Assembly: GCA_030705825.1 (NCBI GenBank)
Contig: JAUZPR010000002.1
Coordinates: 6,101 to 70,100 of the forward strand
Length of the DNA: 64,000 bases
Direction of reading: 5' to 3'
Origin: Bacillota bacterium
GTDB taxonomy: Bacteria; Bacillota; Clostridia; Acetivibrionales; JANLFN01
Of the stretch, positions 10,443-20,187 are shown in pieces (position 1 is the stretch's first letter; the number at the start of each line of letters is the position of its first letter). The translations under genes and the position numbers were made by a program. The notes below the pieces were generated by a model. It made no database searches. It saw only the letters and a list, made by a program, of their open reading frames with translations, and was not told the DNA's origin.

Positions 10443-12035
10443 CTATTTCAGCAATGTCTTTAAACCAAATTTACCTTCTGTAAACAACCTGGTATCCATG
10501 GTTTTAAGCTTCTTGTCAACAATAGGCTTGAATTCCATCCTATCAAGTATATCTTTCTTTAAATCAACTCCAGGTGCTATTTCTACCAGCACAGGGCCTT
10601 CCTTCCTAAGTTCGAATACTGCTCTTTCAGTTACAAAATGCATTCTCTGGCCTTTTTCCCTTGCTATTCTTCCGTTGTAGGATATCTGTCTTACATTCTT
10701 GACAAGCTTCTTTACAGAACCTTCGTTCATTATATTTAATTTCTGATCCTTGAAATCAACCTTCAAACCGTCTGTTGTGAATGTGGAGCAGAATATTACA
10801 TGCTTTGCATTCTGGGTTATATCAACAAATCCTCCCGCTCCGGTACATCTTCCGGAAAGCTTTGTTGAATTGACATTTCCTTCAATATCCATCTCACCGG
10901 CGCCCATGAAGGTATAGTCAACACCGGCACCGTTGTAGTAATCGAATTGATAATGATGCTCTATCATGGCATACAGGTTTTTGCCTATGCCGAAATCTAT
11001 TCCGCCTGCCTGGATTCCACCGTAAATACCCGATTCAACAGTTATCATTATATCGTCCAGTATTCCTTCCTCAGCTGCTATTGAACCTATAACATCATTT
11101 GGAATACCTGTACCCAGGTTTATGATTGCATTTTTGTAAAGCTCCATCATTGCTCTTCTGCCGATAAATTTTCTGATCGACATGTCCAGCGGTTTTAAAT
11201 TATTCAGCGGAACTCTAATATCTCCGGAATATGCCGGATCAAAATACCAGGATGAGGTCTGTCTGTGGTCTGTTTGCGGGTTATCGCACACTACGATTGC
11301 ATCTATGAAAACACCCGGAACAACCACACTTTTGGGATGAATCGTTCCTGTCTGGGCAACTCTTTTTACCTGGGCAATTACCTTGCCTCCGAATCTTTTT
11401 GCTGCAAGTACTGCCGGAAGCACTTCAAGCTTCATCGCTTCTTCATCGGTAGTAAGATTGCCCATTTCATCTGCCGTAGTTCCCCTTATTATTACATGGT
11501 TAAGAGGAATTGCATTGTAAAAAAGATACTCTTCGCCTTTTATATTGATTACGTCAATCAGATCGGGCTGTGATTTTGTCCTCTCATTCATTTTTCCGCC
11601 TTCAATTCTTGGATCAATGAAAGTCCCTATACCTACTTTGGACATCTTTCCAGGTAAGCCGCAGGCCATTGACCTGTACAGCTGTGCAATCTGTCCCTGG
11701 GGCATGCAATATGCTTCAACCTTGTTATTTTCAATCATTTCCATCCATCTTGGCTGAAGACCCCAATGAGAACCTATTATTCTTGAAACAAGGCCTTCGT
11801 GGGCAAAATGCTGGATACCGTCTTTTCTGTCGCTTTGACCTGCTGAATGGACCAAGGTCAGATTTCCTGGGCTGCCGGTTTCAAGAAAGCTCTTTTCTAT
11901 AGCCTTCAAAATACTTTCTGAAGCGCTGGCCAGGGTCATTCCTATAGTTGCAATGGTATCTCCGTCATTTATAAACTTTACAGCCTCTTCGGCAGTAACA
12001 AAATTCGCTTTCACTAATCTCCCCCCCTTATACAT
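10443..12035 (-). CDS. Acyl CoA:acetate/3-ketoacid CoA-transferase (fused family I)
   Basis: 530 aa fused alpha/beta CoA-transferase with a VESGIYGG (ExG catalytic Glu) motif. Start uncertain: ATG at 12035 or GTG at 12014 after GGGGGGAGA. Confidence 0.8.
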   Translation of the reverse strand: MYKGGRLVKANFVTAEEAVKFINDGDTIATIGMTLASASESILKAIEKSFLETGSPGNLTLVHSAGQSDRKDGIQHFAHEGLVSRIIGSHWGLQPRWMEMIENNKVEAYCMPQGQIAQLYRSMACGLPGKMSKVGIGTFIDPRIEGGKMNERTKSQPDLIDVINIKGEEYLFYNAIPLNHVIIRGTTADEMGNLTTDEEAMKLEVLPAVLAAKRFGGKVIAQVKRVAQTGTIHPKSVVVPGVFIDAIVVCDNPQTDHRQTSSWYFDPAYSGDIRVPLNNLKPLDMSIRKFIGRRAMMELYKNAIINLGTGIPNDVIGSIAAEEGILDDIMITVESGIYGGIQAGGIDFGIGKNLYAMIEHHYQFDYYNGAGVDYTFMGAGEMDIEGNVNSTKLSGRCTGAGGFVDITQNAKHVIFCSTFTTDGLKVDFKDQKLNIMNEGSVKKLVKNVRQISYNGRIAREKGQRMHFVTERAVFELRKEGPVLVEIAPGVDLKKDILDRMEFKPIVDKKLKTMDTRLFTEGKFGLKTLLK

Positions 12036-13652
12036 TTAATTTAAGTACATATCTCTAAGCATTGTCTTACTTATCTTCCCGTTATTTGTATGAGGCATTT
12101 CTTCTGTAAACTGAATATATTGAGGTACCTTGAATTTTGCCAATCTTTCGGAAACCCATTTTTTAATTTCTTCTTCACTTGCACTGCAGCCCTGCTTCAG
12201 CGATATAATGGCTTTTGCAACCTCACCATACACCGGATCGGGCACTCCTATTAATGCCACTTCGTTTACTGCGGGATGATTATATATGACATTTTCTACT
12301 TCTATCGAGTAAATTTTTTCTCCCCCGCGGTTTATCATGTCTTTTTTTCTATCAACTATATAAAGAAATCCATCCTCATCTATCCTTGCATAGTCTCCTG
12401 TCCTGAACCACCCGTCAATAAAGGCATCCCGGTTCTGCTGCTTATTCCAGTAGCTGCAAAGTACATTGGAGCCTTTTACAAGCAGTTCTCCCACTTCATT
12501 ACTTGCAAGTTCCATACCTTCCTCATCTATTATCTTGATATCGAAGCCAGGAATAGGCTTGCCTGAGGAGCCGATCTTGCCGGTTTTATAGACATCATCA
12601 GGCATTATTGTGGCAGGTGAACTGGTTTCAGTAAGCCCGTATACAGTATGAAAGTCCATACCGGGTATCCAGCTTTTCAGCTTATCCAACACCGCAGGTG
12701 GCATGTTTGCACTCCCACAGGCAGCTTTACGAAGGCTGGGTACGGTTTTTAAGCTGTCCGACTCTTCCAGGAGAAGGATAAAAACTGTCGGTGAAGCATG
12801 AAAAAAAGTAATTTTATGTTCATTTATAATTTTCAATGTGCTCCCGGCGTTAAAATATGGTTCAAATACAATGGTCCCTCCTATATGCACAAACAAGGCC
12901 ATTAATGCAGCAAGTCCGGTTATATGGAATATTGGAACGGAAATCACAGTGCTGTCATCTGAAGTAAGTCCTAAAATCTTCTGGTAGCACATTATACCGT
13001 GAAGCAGGTTAAAATTCGATAACAAAGCGCCTTTCGGAGCCCCTGTAGTACCCGAAGTATATATAAGTACAGCAGGATCATCAAGGCCCGGAACCTCCAG
13101 TTTAATAAAACCTTTACTCCTTTTAACCAGGCTTTCGATTGTTTCTCCGATTTCCGGAATAGTCCCGGATCCGGATAGGATACACTTTTCAATTTTTGTA
13201 TTGGATAAAATGTTTTTTACGTTATCCCACCATTTTGCATCCAAAATGAGGATTTTTGCTTCTGAATCTATTAAAAGACGTTCAATTTCAATTTGTTTTG
13301 ATTTTGTACTGATAGGAAGAACAACAGCTCCAATTCTGGACAGCGAATAAAAAGCTGTGCAGAAATCTATGCTGTTTACCATCAGCAGCGCTACCCTGTC
13401 GCCCTTATTTACCCCATATGATGAGATCAAGCTTTCAGAGAGCCTGTCTGCTTCATTTTTAAGCTGTTCATAGGTTAATTTTCTTCCATTTTCTATAAAT
13501 GCAGTTTTATCTGGAAAAACTTCACTGGATAGTTTTAGAGTATTATATAAATTTTTTGGTATGTTCTTAAAAGTATAATATTTGCCGGATTTTAAATTCA
13601 ATTCAGTCATTTCAAATTTGGATTTACCGGATACTGCATGGCTGTCTATCAC
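12036..13652 (-). CDS. AMP-dependent acyl-CoA synthetase/ligase
   Basis: AMP-binding motifs YTSGTTGAPKGA, GWFRTGD and C-terminal GKISK. Confidence 0.9.
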   Translation of the reverse strand: MIDSHAVSGKSKFEMTELNLKSGKYYTFKNIPKNLYNTLKLSSEVFPDKTAFIENGRKLTYEQLKNEADRLSESLISSYGVNKGDRVALLMVNSIDFCTAFYSLSRIGAVVLPISTKSKQIEIERLLIDSEAKILILDAKWWDNVKNILSNTKIEKCILSGSGTIPEIGETIESLVKRSKGFIKLEVPGLDDPAVLIYTSGTTGAPKGALLSNFNLLHGIMCYQKILGLTSDDSTVISVPIFHITGLAALMALFVHIGGTIVFEPYFNAGSTLKIINEHKITFFHASPTVFILLLEESDSLKTVPSLRKAACGSANMPPAVLDKLKSWIPGMDFHTVYGLTETSSPATIMPDDVYKTGKIGSSGKPIPGFDIKIIDEEGMELASNEVGELLVKGSNVLCSYWNKQQNRDAFIDGWFRTGDYARIDEDGFLYIVDRKKDMINRGGEKIYSIEVENVIYNHPAVNEVALIGVPDPVYGEVAKAIISLKQGCSASEEEIKKWVSERLAKFKVPQYIQFTEEMPHTNNGKISKTMLRDMYLN

Positions 13653-13909
13653 CGCAATACCTTCTTCCCTGTATTTTAAAGTTATTATTGTTATTTGTTA
13701 TCCAAACCCGAATATACATATAAGCTTATTTAATTACATTAATTATTTTATTTGTCTACATAATCATTGTAATGACTGTTTATGTCCACTTGCTATACTA
13801 TTATTATAGATGCATTCCAACAAGATTAACATGTCCTCAACAAACAAAAAAGAAACCGGTTTGATTTATATTTTTGTGTTTTAAATACAAATACTTCATT
13901 TGGCTGCCT

Positions 13910-15085
13910 TTACCTTAGTTCAAGCAGATTAATGGCTATATAGAGCATTGCACATTTATACGGGTTGTTTAAGTCAAAGCCGAATGATTCCTTAAACTTG
14001 TTTATTCTGTAATTGACGGTATTTCTATGAAGAAATAGCTTGTTTGCCGTTGTCTGAAGATTCATTCCACATTCAAAATAAACCTTTATGGTATTCATAA
14101 GCTCAACCGTATTATTGTCCATGCTGTTCGCAAGTTTAAGCAGCCCCATATTGGACAGGTATTCCTGCTTTTGGTCATTTGTCAGATTACTCATGAGCAT
14201 CTGAAGCTTATAATCATCTACAAAAAACAGGTTCTTGTCGGGGTTAAGCTTCTTCCCAATGTCCAAAGCTTTGCTTGCAAGGATGTAGGATTTGTTATAG
14301 TCTTCAAATTTGTTGCATACACTTCCAATACCCATATTAAATTTCAATATATATTTTTTGCTCAATTCTTTCTGTAATAGCTTGCAGTATTCTTCTGTAT
14401 CATCACTGCAGTTTTTCAGTATTACAAACCTGTCCATATAAAGGTTTATTGCCAGATCTATCCTAGGCTTTGAAAGTCCGTTAATAATATCTACTATATT
14501 TTGCTTGATCATTTCTCTTGTGACTTCAGAGTCTTCCCCATACTGCTCAATATATGAAGAAAAGAAATTTGCATCGGCAACAATTACTACTCTCGGTACG
14601 TCCAATTTAAAATCAACAAGCTGGCTCCTGTATGAAAACAGTTCCCTGTCTTCTTCCCTATGCTCCTTTATCAATTCCTTCGCAAAGTTCCTTACAGAAC
14701 GTGATTGATATAATTCAATCTTCTTGCTTTCTTCGTTCTGTATCATCAATTCGACCAGTTCTTTTACAATAATTCCATAGCCTTCAACTTTGGAGGGCTC
14801 TCCTGAAATCCCCACGACACCGACAATCTGGCTGTTATAATAGATGGGAATGTTTATACCCTTTTGAGCTCCGCTATATATTTCCTTTTTATATTTATCC
14901 TCGTCAACAGTAATTACCTTGCGTTCATTAATTGCTGCCTTTGCTGCCTCATGAAAGGTCTGGATTCTGTCTTTGTCTCCCGAAGCAATAATAATTCCCT
15001 TTTCGTTCATAATATTTATGTTGTTTTCCAATAAATTCATCAGCCTGTTAACGATCTTCTGGCAATCAATGGTTTCAATTAACAT
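13910..15085 (-). CDS. CdaR/PucR-family transcriptional regulator (sugar-diacid regulator type)
   Basis: N-terminal diacid-recognition-like region and C-terminal PucR HTH (LFLHRNTVNYRINKFKE). Start at MLIETIDCQ with an AGGGGAG RBS. Confidence 0.8.
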   Translation of the reverse strand: MLIETIDCQKIVNRLMNLLENNINIMNEKGIIIASGDKDRIQTFHEAAKAAINERKVITVDEDKYKKEIYSGAQKGINIPIYYNSQIVGVVGISGEPSKVEGYGIIVKELVELMIQNEESKKIELYQSRSVRNFAKELIKEHREEDRELFSYRSQLVDFKLDVPRVVIVADANFFSSYIEQYGEDSEVTREMIKQNIVDIINGLSKPRIDLAINLYMDRFVILKNCSDDTEEYCKLLQKELSKKYILKFNMGIGSVCNKFEDYNKSYILASKALDIGKKLNPDKNLFFVDDYKLQMLMSNLTNDQKQEYLSNMGLLKLANSMDNNTVELMNTIKVYFECGMNLQTTANKLFLHRNTVNYRINKFKESFGFDLNNPYKCAMLYIAINLLELR

Positions 15086-15365
15086 TTTAGTGCACTCCCC
15101 TAAAAAAGCGAATGTCAAAACAGCTGCAAGGAATTGGCCTGGCAGCCTGTTGTTTTGTATTTTTTTATTATTAATATGGAATTAATGCAAATTATTTTGG
15201 TCTATTTAGATTGGAGTTAATTTAATTTGCATATGTACACGATTTGAAAACTACCATACAAAATCTGTATGGATAAATATATAAAGGTTTGACTTTCCAG
15301 TTACTAATTATAAACTGCCGGCTTTATTTTTTCAAGCTCTATACCATGGGAATATAAGACTTAGT

Positions 15366-16253
15366 TTACATATTTGGCTTCTGAACTGTATAATCATAAA
15401 ACCCTCTTCCGCTCTTTCTTCCTGTATGCCCAGCCTTAACAAGGGTACGTATCAACGGGCAGGGCCTGTACTTGGAATCCTTAAACCCTTCATACAAGCC
15501 TTCCATTGTAGCCATCATAACATCTAGCCCTACAAAATCTGCAAGTTCAAGGGGACCCATAGGCAGGTTTGCGCCAAGCTTCATTGCCTTGTCTACATCT
15601 TCCGGCTTTGAACCTTCCATAACACAAAATGCCCCTTCATTCATCATAGGAACAAGTATCCTGTTTACAAGGAAGCCAGGCAGTTCAGGTGCGTCGACAG
15701 GAACCTTTCCTATTGTCTCACAGAAATCCCTGGCTGTGTCATACGTAGCTTGTGAGGTTTGTATGCCTTTTATAATCTCTGTCAGCTTCATTATGGGAGC
15801 CGGATAGAAAAAGTGGATTGCAATTACTCTATCAGGCCGTTCCGTTACAGATGCAATTTCAGATATACTCAAACCGGAAGTATTTGATACCAAAACCGCA
15901 TTTTTACCAGCTAATTTATCGATCTGTGAAAACACCTGCTTTTTCAGTTCCATTTTTTCAGGTACTGCTTCAACTATAATGTCTGCTTCCGATATTTCTT
16001 CATAATGCGTACTGAAACGTAAGAAGGATAAAATTTCATTCATTCTTTCAGCATTAATCTTATCTTTTGACAAAAGCTTCTTAAGATTGGCTTTAACATT
16101 CTCTTCAGCTGTTTTTATCTGTTCTGGCAATATATCTATATTTACGCAGTCTATTCCAGCCTGTGCGATTGTTTGCGCAATTCCTCTTCCCATAAGTCCG
16201 GAGCCTATGACCGCTGCTTTTTTGATCTTCAAATTAAAACGACCTCTTTTCAT
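15366..16253 (-). CDS. hbd: 3-hydroxyacyl-CoA (3-hydroxybutyryl-CoA) dehydrogenase
   Basis: IGSGLMGRGIA Rossmann motif and full-length Hbd/HADH similarity. A possible TTG start at 16232 follows AAGAGG. Confidence 0.88.
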   Translation of the reverse strand: MKRGRFNLKIKKAAVIGSGLMGRGIAQTIAQAGIDCVNIDILPEQIKTAEENVKANLKKLLSKDKINAERMNEILSFLRFSTHYEEISEADIIVEAVPEKMELKKQVFSQIDKLAGKNAVLVSNTSGLSISEIASVTERPDRVIAIHFFYPAPIMKLTEIIKGIQTSQATYDTARDFCETIGKVPVDAPELPGFLVNRILVPMMNEGAFCVMEGSKPEDVDKAMKLGANLPMGPLELADFVGLDVMMATMEGLYEGFKDSKYRPCPLIRTLVKAGHTGRKSGRGFYDYTVQKPNM

Positions 16254-16357
16254 TATTTCTAGCTTACTTTTAAATTATAGTACCGGCAGAGTTTTATATA
16301 AATGTGTGCTGTATACAAAAAAGATCAATTAATTTGAAGAAATTTTGTATTAAAATT

Positions 16358-16402
16358 AAAAAACCGTTCGTACATCGGCTTCCGCCTTGCGTACAAACGG
16401 TT
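16358..16402 (-). terminator. Intrinsic terminator after the amidase gene
   Basis: Minus strand reads AACCGTTTGTAC-N17-GTACGAACGGTT followed by TTTTTT. Confidence 0.7.
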
Positions 16403-16420
16403 AATATATAATGTTATAAA

Positions 16421-17206
16421 TTACTTTTTAATGTCAGTCTCTGAGGAAATCATCCATTTATTGTCGGAATTGACCTTTGCACCCATCATTTGAAGGGCTT
16501 TTTCTGTAGCTGTTGCAAGGGAATGCGCTGCATTCTCCCTGAAATCAGGATCGCTCAGGTTGCTTCTGTCCGCACTGTTGGATATATATCCGATTTCCGC
16601 TATAATAGCCGGCATATCGGTCCTGTGAAGTACTGCCAGTTCAGGCCTGGATTTAATACCGTTATCTTCTGTTTTCAAACTGTCTACTATCTGTGAACAT
16701 ACGATGTCGGCAAAACGCTTGCTGTTCATGCCGTTCAGGTAAGGCTGTTTAGGTGCAAACAAAACCTCGGTTCCCTTAACCTCGGGATACTCGGGTAATT
16801 TATTTATATGAACGCTTATAAACAAATCAGCATGTTCTTTGTTTGCTTTATTGGCTCTGTCCTGCAGCCCCACATAATTATCCTTGTCCCGGGTAAAATC
16901 TGTTTTAATTCCGTCTTTCTTAAGAAGCTCCCCCAATTTTAGGGAAATATCCAAACATATATCCTTTTCCTTAAGATTAAAATCTGTTGCACCATCATCT
17001 ATTCCGCCGTGTCCGGGATCTATAACAACTATTGCTTCTCTGGGTGCTTCAGCTCTTATCAGGGATAAACCTTCCTCAGTCAATCCGTTCGCATAGCTTT
17101 TTATATCTGTAGCCGGTAAAAGGTTGTGCTCAGACTTGACAAACGAGGAACAGATTATAACTATCAAAACAACTAATATAATAAAACCTGAAGCCCTGCT
17201 CTTCAT
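16421..17206 (-). CDS. N-acetylmuramoyl-L-alanine amidase (Amidase_3, CwlD-like)
   Basis: N-terminal TM segment and VIDPGHGGIDDGA motif. Sits next to gpr. Confidence 0.8.
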   Translation of the reverse strand: MKSRASGFIILVVLIVIICSSFVKSEHNLLPATDIKSYANGLTEEGLSLIRAEAPREAIVVIDPGHGGIDDGATDFNLKEKDICLDISLKLGELLKKDGIKTDFTRDKDNYVGLQDRANKANKEHADLFISVHINKLPEYPEVKGTEVLFAPKQPYLNGMNSKRFADIVCSQIVDSLKTEDNGIKSRPELAVLHRTDMPAIIAEIGYISNSADRSNLSDPDFRENAAHSLATATEKALQMMGAKVNSDNKWMISSETDIKK

Positions 17207-17327
17207 ATTGACCCCTTATCTCTTGAAAGTATAGCAATATGGGCAACTTATGACAAACCGGAATTTTTCTATATACATTTTAACCTACGACAGACATTAA
17301 ATCAAACATAAGTTAAAGGGACTCCTT

Positions 17328-18335
17328 CTAATGTACATATCTGTTAACATCCTGAGTCCCGACTGACTGATGCAAGGCTATATTCAACCCGTTTGAAATT
17401 ACCTTTGAAATTCTTTCAATCAGTTCGTCTATTTCTTTAGGCGTAACAATTAATGTTCCTATATATGGTTTAAGGACTTCCTGTATAAGTTGGTACTTAT
17501 CGTTTCTGTCAATGCTTTTAAGCATATTATAGAAATCGGTTCCCTGTTTGGCCTGCTCAATCATGTTATCCAGAACAAGATCTATTGTATCATTTGCCAT
17601 GGTTGCCGCATCCACAACTGTAGGCACCCCTATGGCTATTACAGGAATACCAAGAGTAGTCCTGCTCAACTCCATTCTTTTATTGCCTACACCTGAACCT
17701 GGTGCAATACCTGTATCTGCAATCTGAATTGTAGTGCTGACCCTTTCCATTTTCCTGGAAGCTAGAGCATCGATAGCAATAACCACATCAGGTTTTATCC
17801 TGTCAACGATTCCCCGGATAATTTCACCCGTTTCCATTCCTGTTGTTCCCAGGACACCAGGGGCAACAGCACATACCGGTCTGACTCCCTTTTCAACCTG
17901 TTCGGGAACATATTCCAGCAAATGACGTGTTACCATAACGCTTGAAACTACCTTGGGACCCAATGCGTCCGGTGTAACATCCCAGTTGCCAAGCCCCACA
18001 ATTAAAATTGTAGATTTTTCCTTAAGCTTAAGTATTCCGGTCAATTCATTTGCCAGTACCTTGCATGTATCTTCGAAAAGTTCCTGGTCATTTTCCTTAA
18101 GCCTCGGGACCTCGATAGTTATATATGTTCCCATTGGTTTGCCTATGGACGCCTCTCCTGTGCGCGAAGTCACCCTGACTCTGGATATCCTTATATCTTC
18201 AGTGCCTGCATCTTCCACTTCAACCCCTGGAGGTTCATTTCCGCCTTGTGACTGCATATTGTCCCGCATAGCCTGCTGCTTGAAAATTTCATTAGCTTCC
18301 AAAACAAGATCTGTGGTTATATTTCTTTGCTGCAT
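17328..18335 (-). CDS. gpr: Germination protease (GPR endopeptidase)
   Basis: Full-length GPR family similarity (TDLVLEANE..., GLGNWDVTPDALGP). Conserved position next to rpsT. Confidence 0.9.
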   Translation of the reverse strand: MQQRNITTDLVLEANEIFKQQAMRDNMQSQGGNEPPGVEVEDAGTEDIRISRVRVTSRTGEASIGKPMGTYITIEVPRLKENDQELFEDTCKVLANELTGILKLKEKSTILIVGLGNWDVTPDALGPKVVSSVMVTRHLLEYVPEQVEKGVRPVCAVAPGVLGTTGMETGEIIRGIVDRIKPDVVIAIDALASRKMERVSTTIQIADTGIAPGSGVGNKRMELSRTTLGIPVIAIGVPTVVDAATMANDTIDLVLDNMIEQAKQGTDFYNMLKSIDRNDKYQLIQEVLKPYIGTLIVTPKEIDELIERISKVISNGLNIALHQSVGTQDVNRYVH

Positions 18336-18407
18336 TAAATTATCATCCTTTCGCCATAATACAATAGTAAATATATTTTTACCCTATATATAGCTTTTAA
18401 ATTCTCC

Positions 18408-18436
18408 TTGCAATTTAATATTTTTCATGGTAGAAT
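18408..18436 (+). promoter_or_regulatory. SigA-type promoter for rpsT
   Basis: TTGCAA (18408-18413), 17-nt spacer, TAGAAT (18431-18436). Confidence 0.6.
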
Positions 18437-18538
18437 ATTCGATGTTGATTAAGCATTTAGAGGTAAAAACTGATATTACATAGAAATATAACCTTTAAAT
18501 AAAATTCGATATGCAATTTACCGCAGGAGGTGAAAAAG

Positions 18539-18802
18539 TTGCCGAATATTAAATCTGCTATTAAAAGGGTAGAAGTTACAAAGGTTAAGACAATAAACAA
18601 CACTGCCAAAAAATCAGCCTTGAAAACTGATATCCGCAAGGCTAAGGAAGCAATTGCCAGTAAGGATTCCTCTGCCGCTGAAAATGTCAAGAAGGCTGCT
18701 GTATCAATAGATAAGGCAGCAGCAAAGAAACTTATCCATAAGAACACCGCTGCGAGAAAAAAATCAAGAATAGCCAAGGCTCTTAATGCAGCAAGTAAAT
18801 AA
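18539..18802 (+). CDS. rpsT: 30S ribosomal protein S20
   Basis: PNIKSAIKRVEVTKVKT... is canonical S20. Start is TTG at 18539, 8 nt after AGGAGG. The track start at 18530 is a GTG inside the RBS. Confidence 0.93.
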   Translation: MPNIKSAIKRVEVTKVKTINNTAKKSALKTDIRKAKEAIASKDSSAAENVKKAAVSIDKAAAKKLIHKNTAARKKSRIAKALNAASK

Positions 18803-18814
18803 ATCATTATAAAC

Positions 18815-18844
18815 AAAAAACGTACTTACAAGTACGTTTTTTTA
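18815..18844 (+). terminator. Intrinsic terminator of rpsT
   Basis: ACGTACT-taca-AGTACGT followed by TTTTTTT. Confidence 0.8.
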
Positions 18845-18877
18845 TTTTAACGATTATTTACATATCAAGCTCTTAGG

Positions 18878-19042
18878 TTATTGGGGTCTGCTTTTTGCTT
18901 CAATGACCTCATGTACTTCATATTCATGTTTATCAGGGTCGTATGGCTTATCTTTATCAAAAACATATTCCTTATCATTATAAAAAATCATATTGTTGCT
19001 GATTAACCCTTTTTTCAGTAATTCCTGTTCCTGTATCTTCAT
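18878..19042 (-). CDS. Small hypothetical protein (54 aa), below the ORF-track size cutoff
   Basis: Hand translation: MKIQEQELLKKGLISNNMIFYNDKEYVFDKDKPYDPDKHEYEVHEVIEAKSRPQ. RBS AAAGGGGTTGGTG lies before the ATG at 19042. It fills the holA-rpsT gap. Confidence 0.45.
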   Translation of the reverse strand: MKIQEQELLKKGLISNNMIFYNDKEYVFDKDKPYDPDKHEYEVHEVIEAKSRPQ

Positions 19043-19122
19043 AATCACCAACCCCTTTATATATTAATACCACCATATAAAAGGATTTAAATCAATTTTT
19101 ACATAGGAACCCTTTTTACAGT

Positions 19123-20145
19123 TCAAGCAGAAAACTTTGCTATTAAAAGTTCTACTGCCATACGGTCATCCATTCTTCCGTTTTTAATTGCGATGTCCAT
19201 CTTTAAGCTTTCCTTAAGTGCATCCTTAAGCTTTTCTATTGTGAAATTACCTGCCTGCTTGACAAGTTTCCCCGCTGCATAGGGCGTAACTCCCAGCTTA
19301 GAAGCAGCTTCCCCGCTGCTTACACCTCCCGAAAGCATTAGTTTCATTTCCAACACCTGCCGGAACTGTCTTGTTATCATGTAAAATATCTTTGGTACCG
19401 GTTCTTTTAAAACAAGCATATCATCAAGCAGCTTCATAGCCAGAATGCCCTTCTTTCCCGCAATGGCATCAGTTAGATCGAAGATTCTGCTTTTTACTGA
19501 TTTTATACATATTTTTTCAACATCTTCCTCAGTTACTTTGGGCCTATCACCGGCGTATAAATTAATTTTCTCTATCTCATTTAAAATATCGTTCATAGCC
19601 TGTTCACAGCTGTCAACAAGCTTGGATGCGGCAGAATTCCCTATTTCCTTTCCATAACTTTTAAAAGCCTTCATAACCCATTTTACAAGCTCAGCCGGCT
19701 TCTGGAATGGGAATTCAACTATAAGGCCATTTTTTTTAATTATATCTACCAGTTTGAGCCTTTTATTGATTTCACTTTCATAAAAAACCAGACAAACATG
19801 CTCAGGCAGCTCTTTCATATAATTTACCAATTCATTGTTTTGAGTTGAATCCTGGCTGTCAGTATCATCAGATTTCTTTTTTGATTTAAAGAACGAAGAA
19901 TCTTTAACAATAACAAGCTTCTTTTCAGAAAACACAGGCATGGTCTCACATGCTTCTATAACCTTACGCTCTTCAATTTTGCCTTCCAGGGTAATATAGT
20001 TGAGTGCCTTGAAATCTTCTTTTACAAGCAGCTTTTCCATAGTCTCGGTATAATATTTTTTTAAGTATTCCTCAGGCCCATAAAACAGATAAAGATTCTT
20101 TAATTTTTTATTCTTCAAATCTTCTTTTAAAATGTCCAAACTCAT
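19123..20145 (-). CDS. holA: DNA polymerase III delta subunit
   Basis: HolA family similarity (LYLFYGPEEYLK) and conserved comEC-holA-rpsT synteny. Confidence 0.88.
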   Translation of the reverse strand: MSLDILKEDLKNKKLKNLYLFYGPEEYLKKYYTETMEKLLVKEDFKALNYITLEGKIEERKVIEACETMPVFSEKKLVIVKDSSFFKSKKKSDDTDSQDSTQNNELVNYMKELPEHVCLVFYESEINKRLKLVDIIKKNGLIVEFPFQKPAELVKWVMKAFKSYGKEIGNSAASKLVDSCEQAMNDILNEIEKINLYAGDRPKVTEEDVEKICIKSVKSRIFDLTDAIAGKKGILAMKLLDDMLVLKEPVPKIFYMITRQFRQVLEMKLMLSGGVSSGEAASKLGVTPYAAGKLVKQAGNFTIEKLKDALKESLKMDIAIKNGRMDDRMAVELLIAKFSA

Positions 20146-20187
20146 GCAATTGTACCATCCCGTTTATGTATGTATATCGTTTTCACT

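Noticed and set aside
18457-18816. 119-aa ORF antisense to rpsT
   Set aside because: It fully overlaps the well-supported S20 gene on the opposite strand. Its Leu/Ala/Phe-rich sequence is typical of antisense frames.
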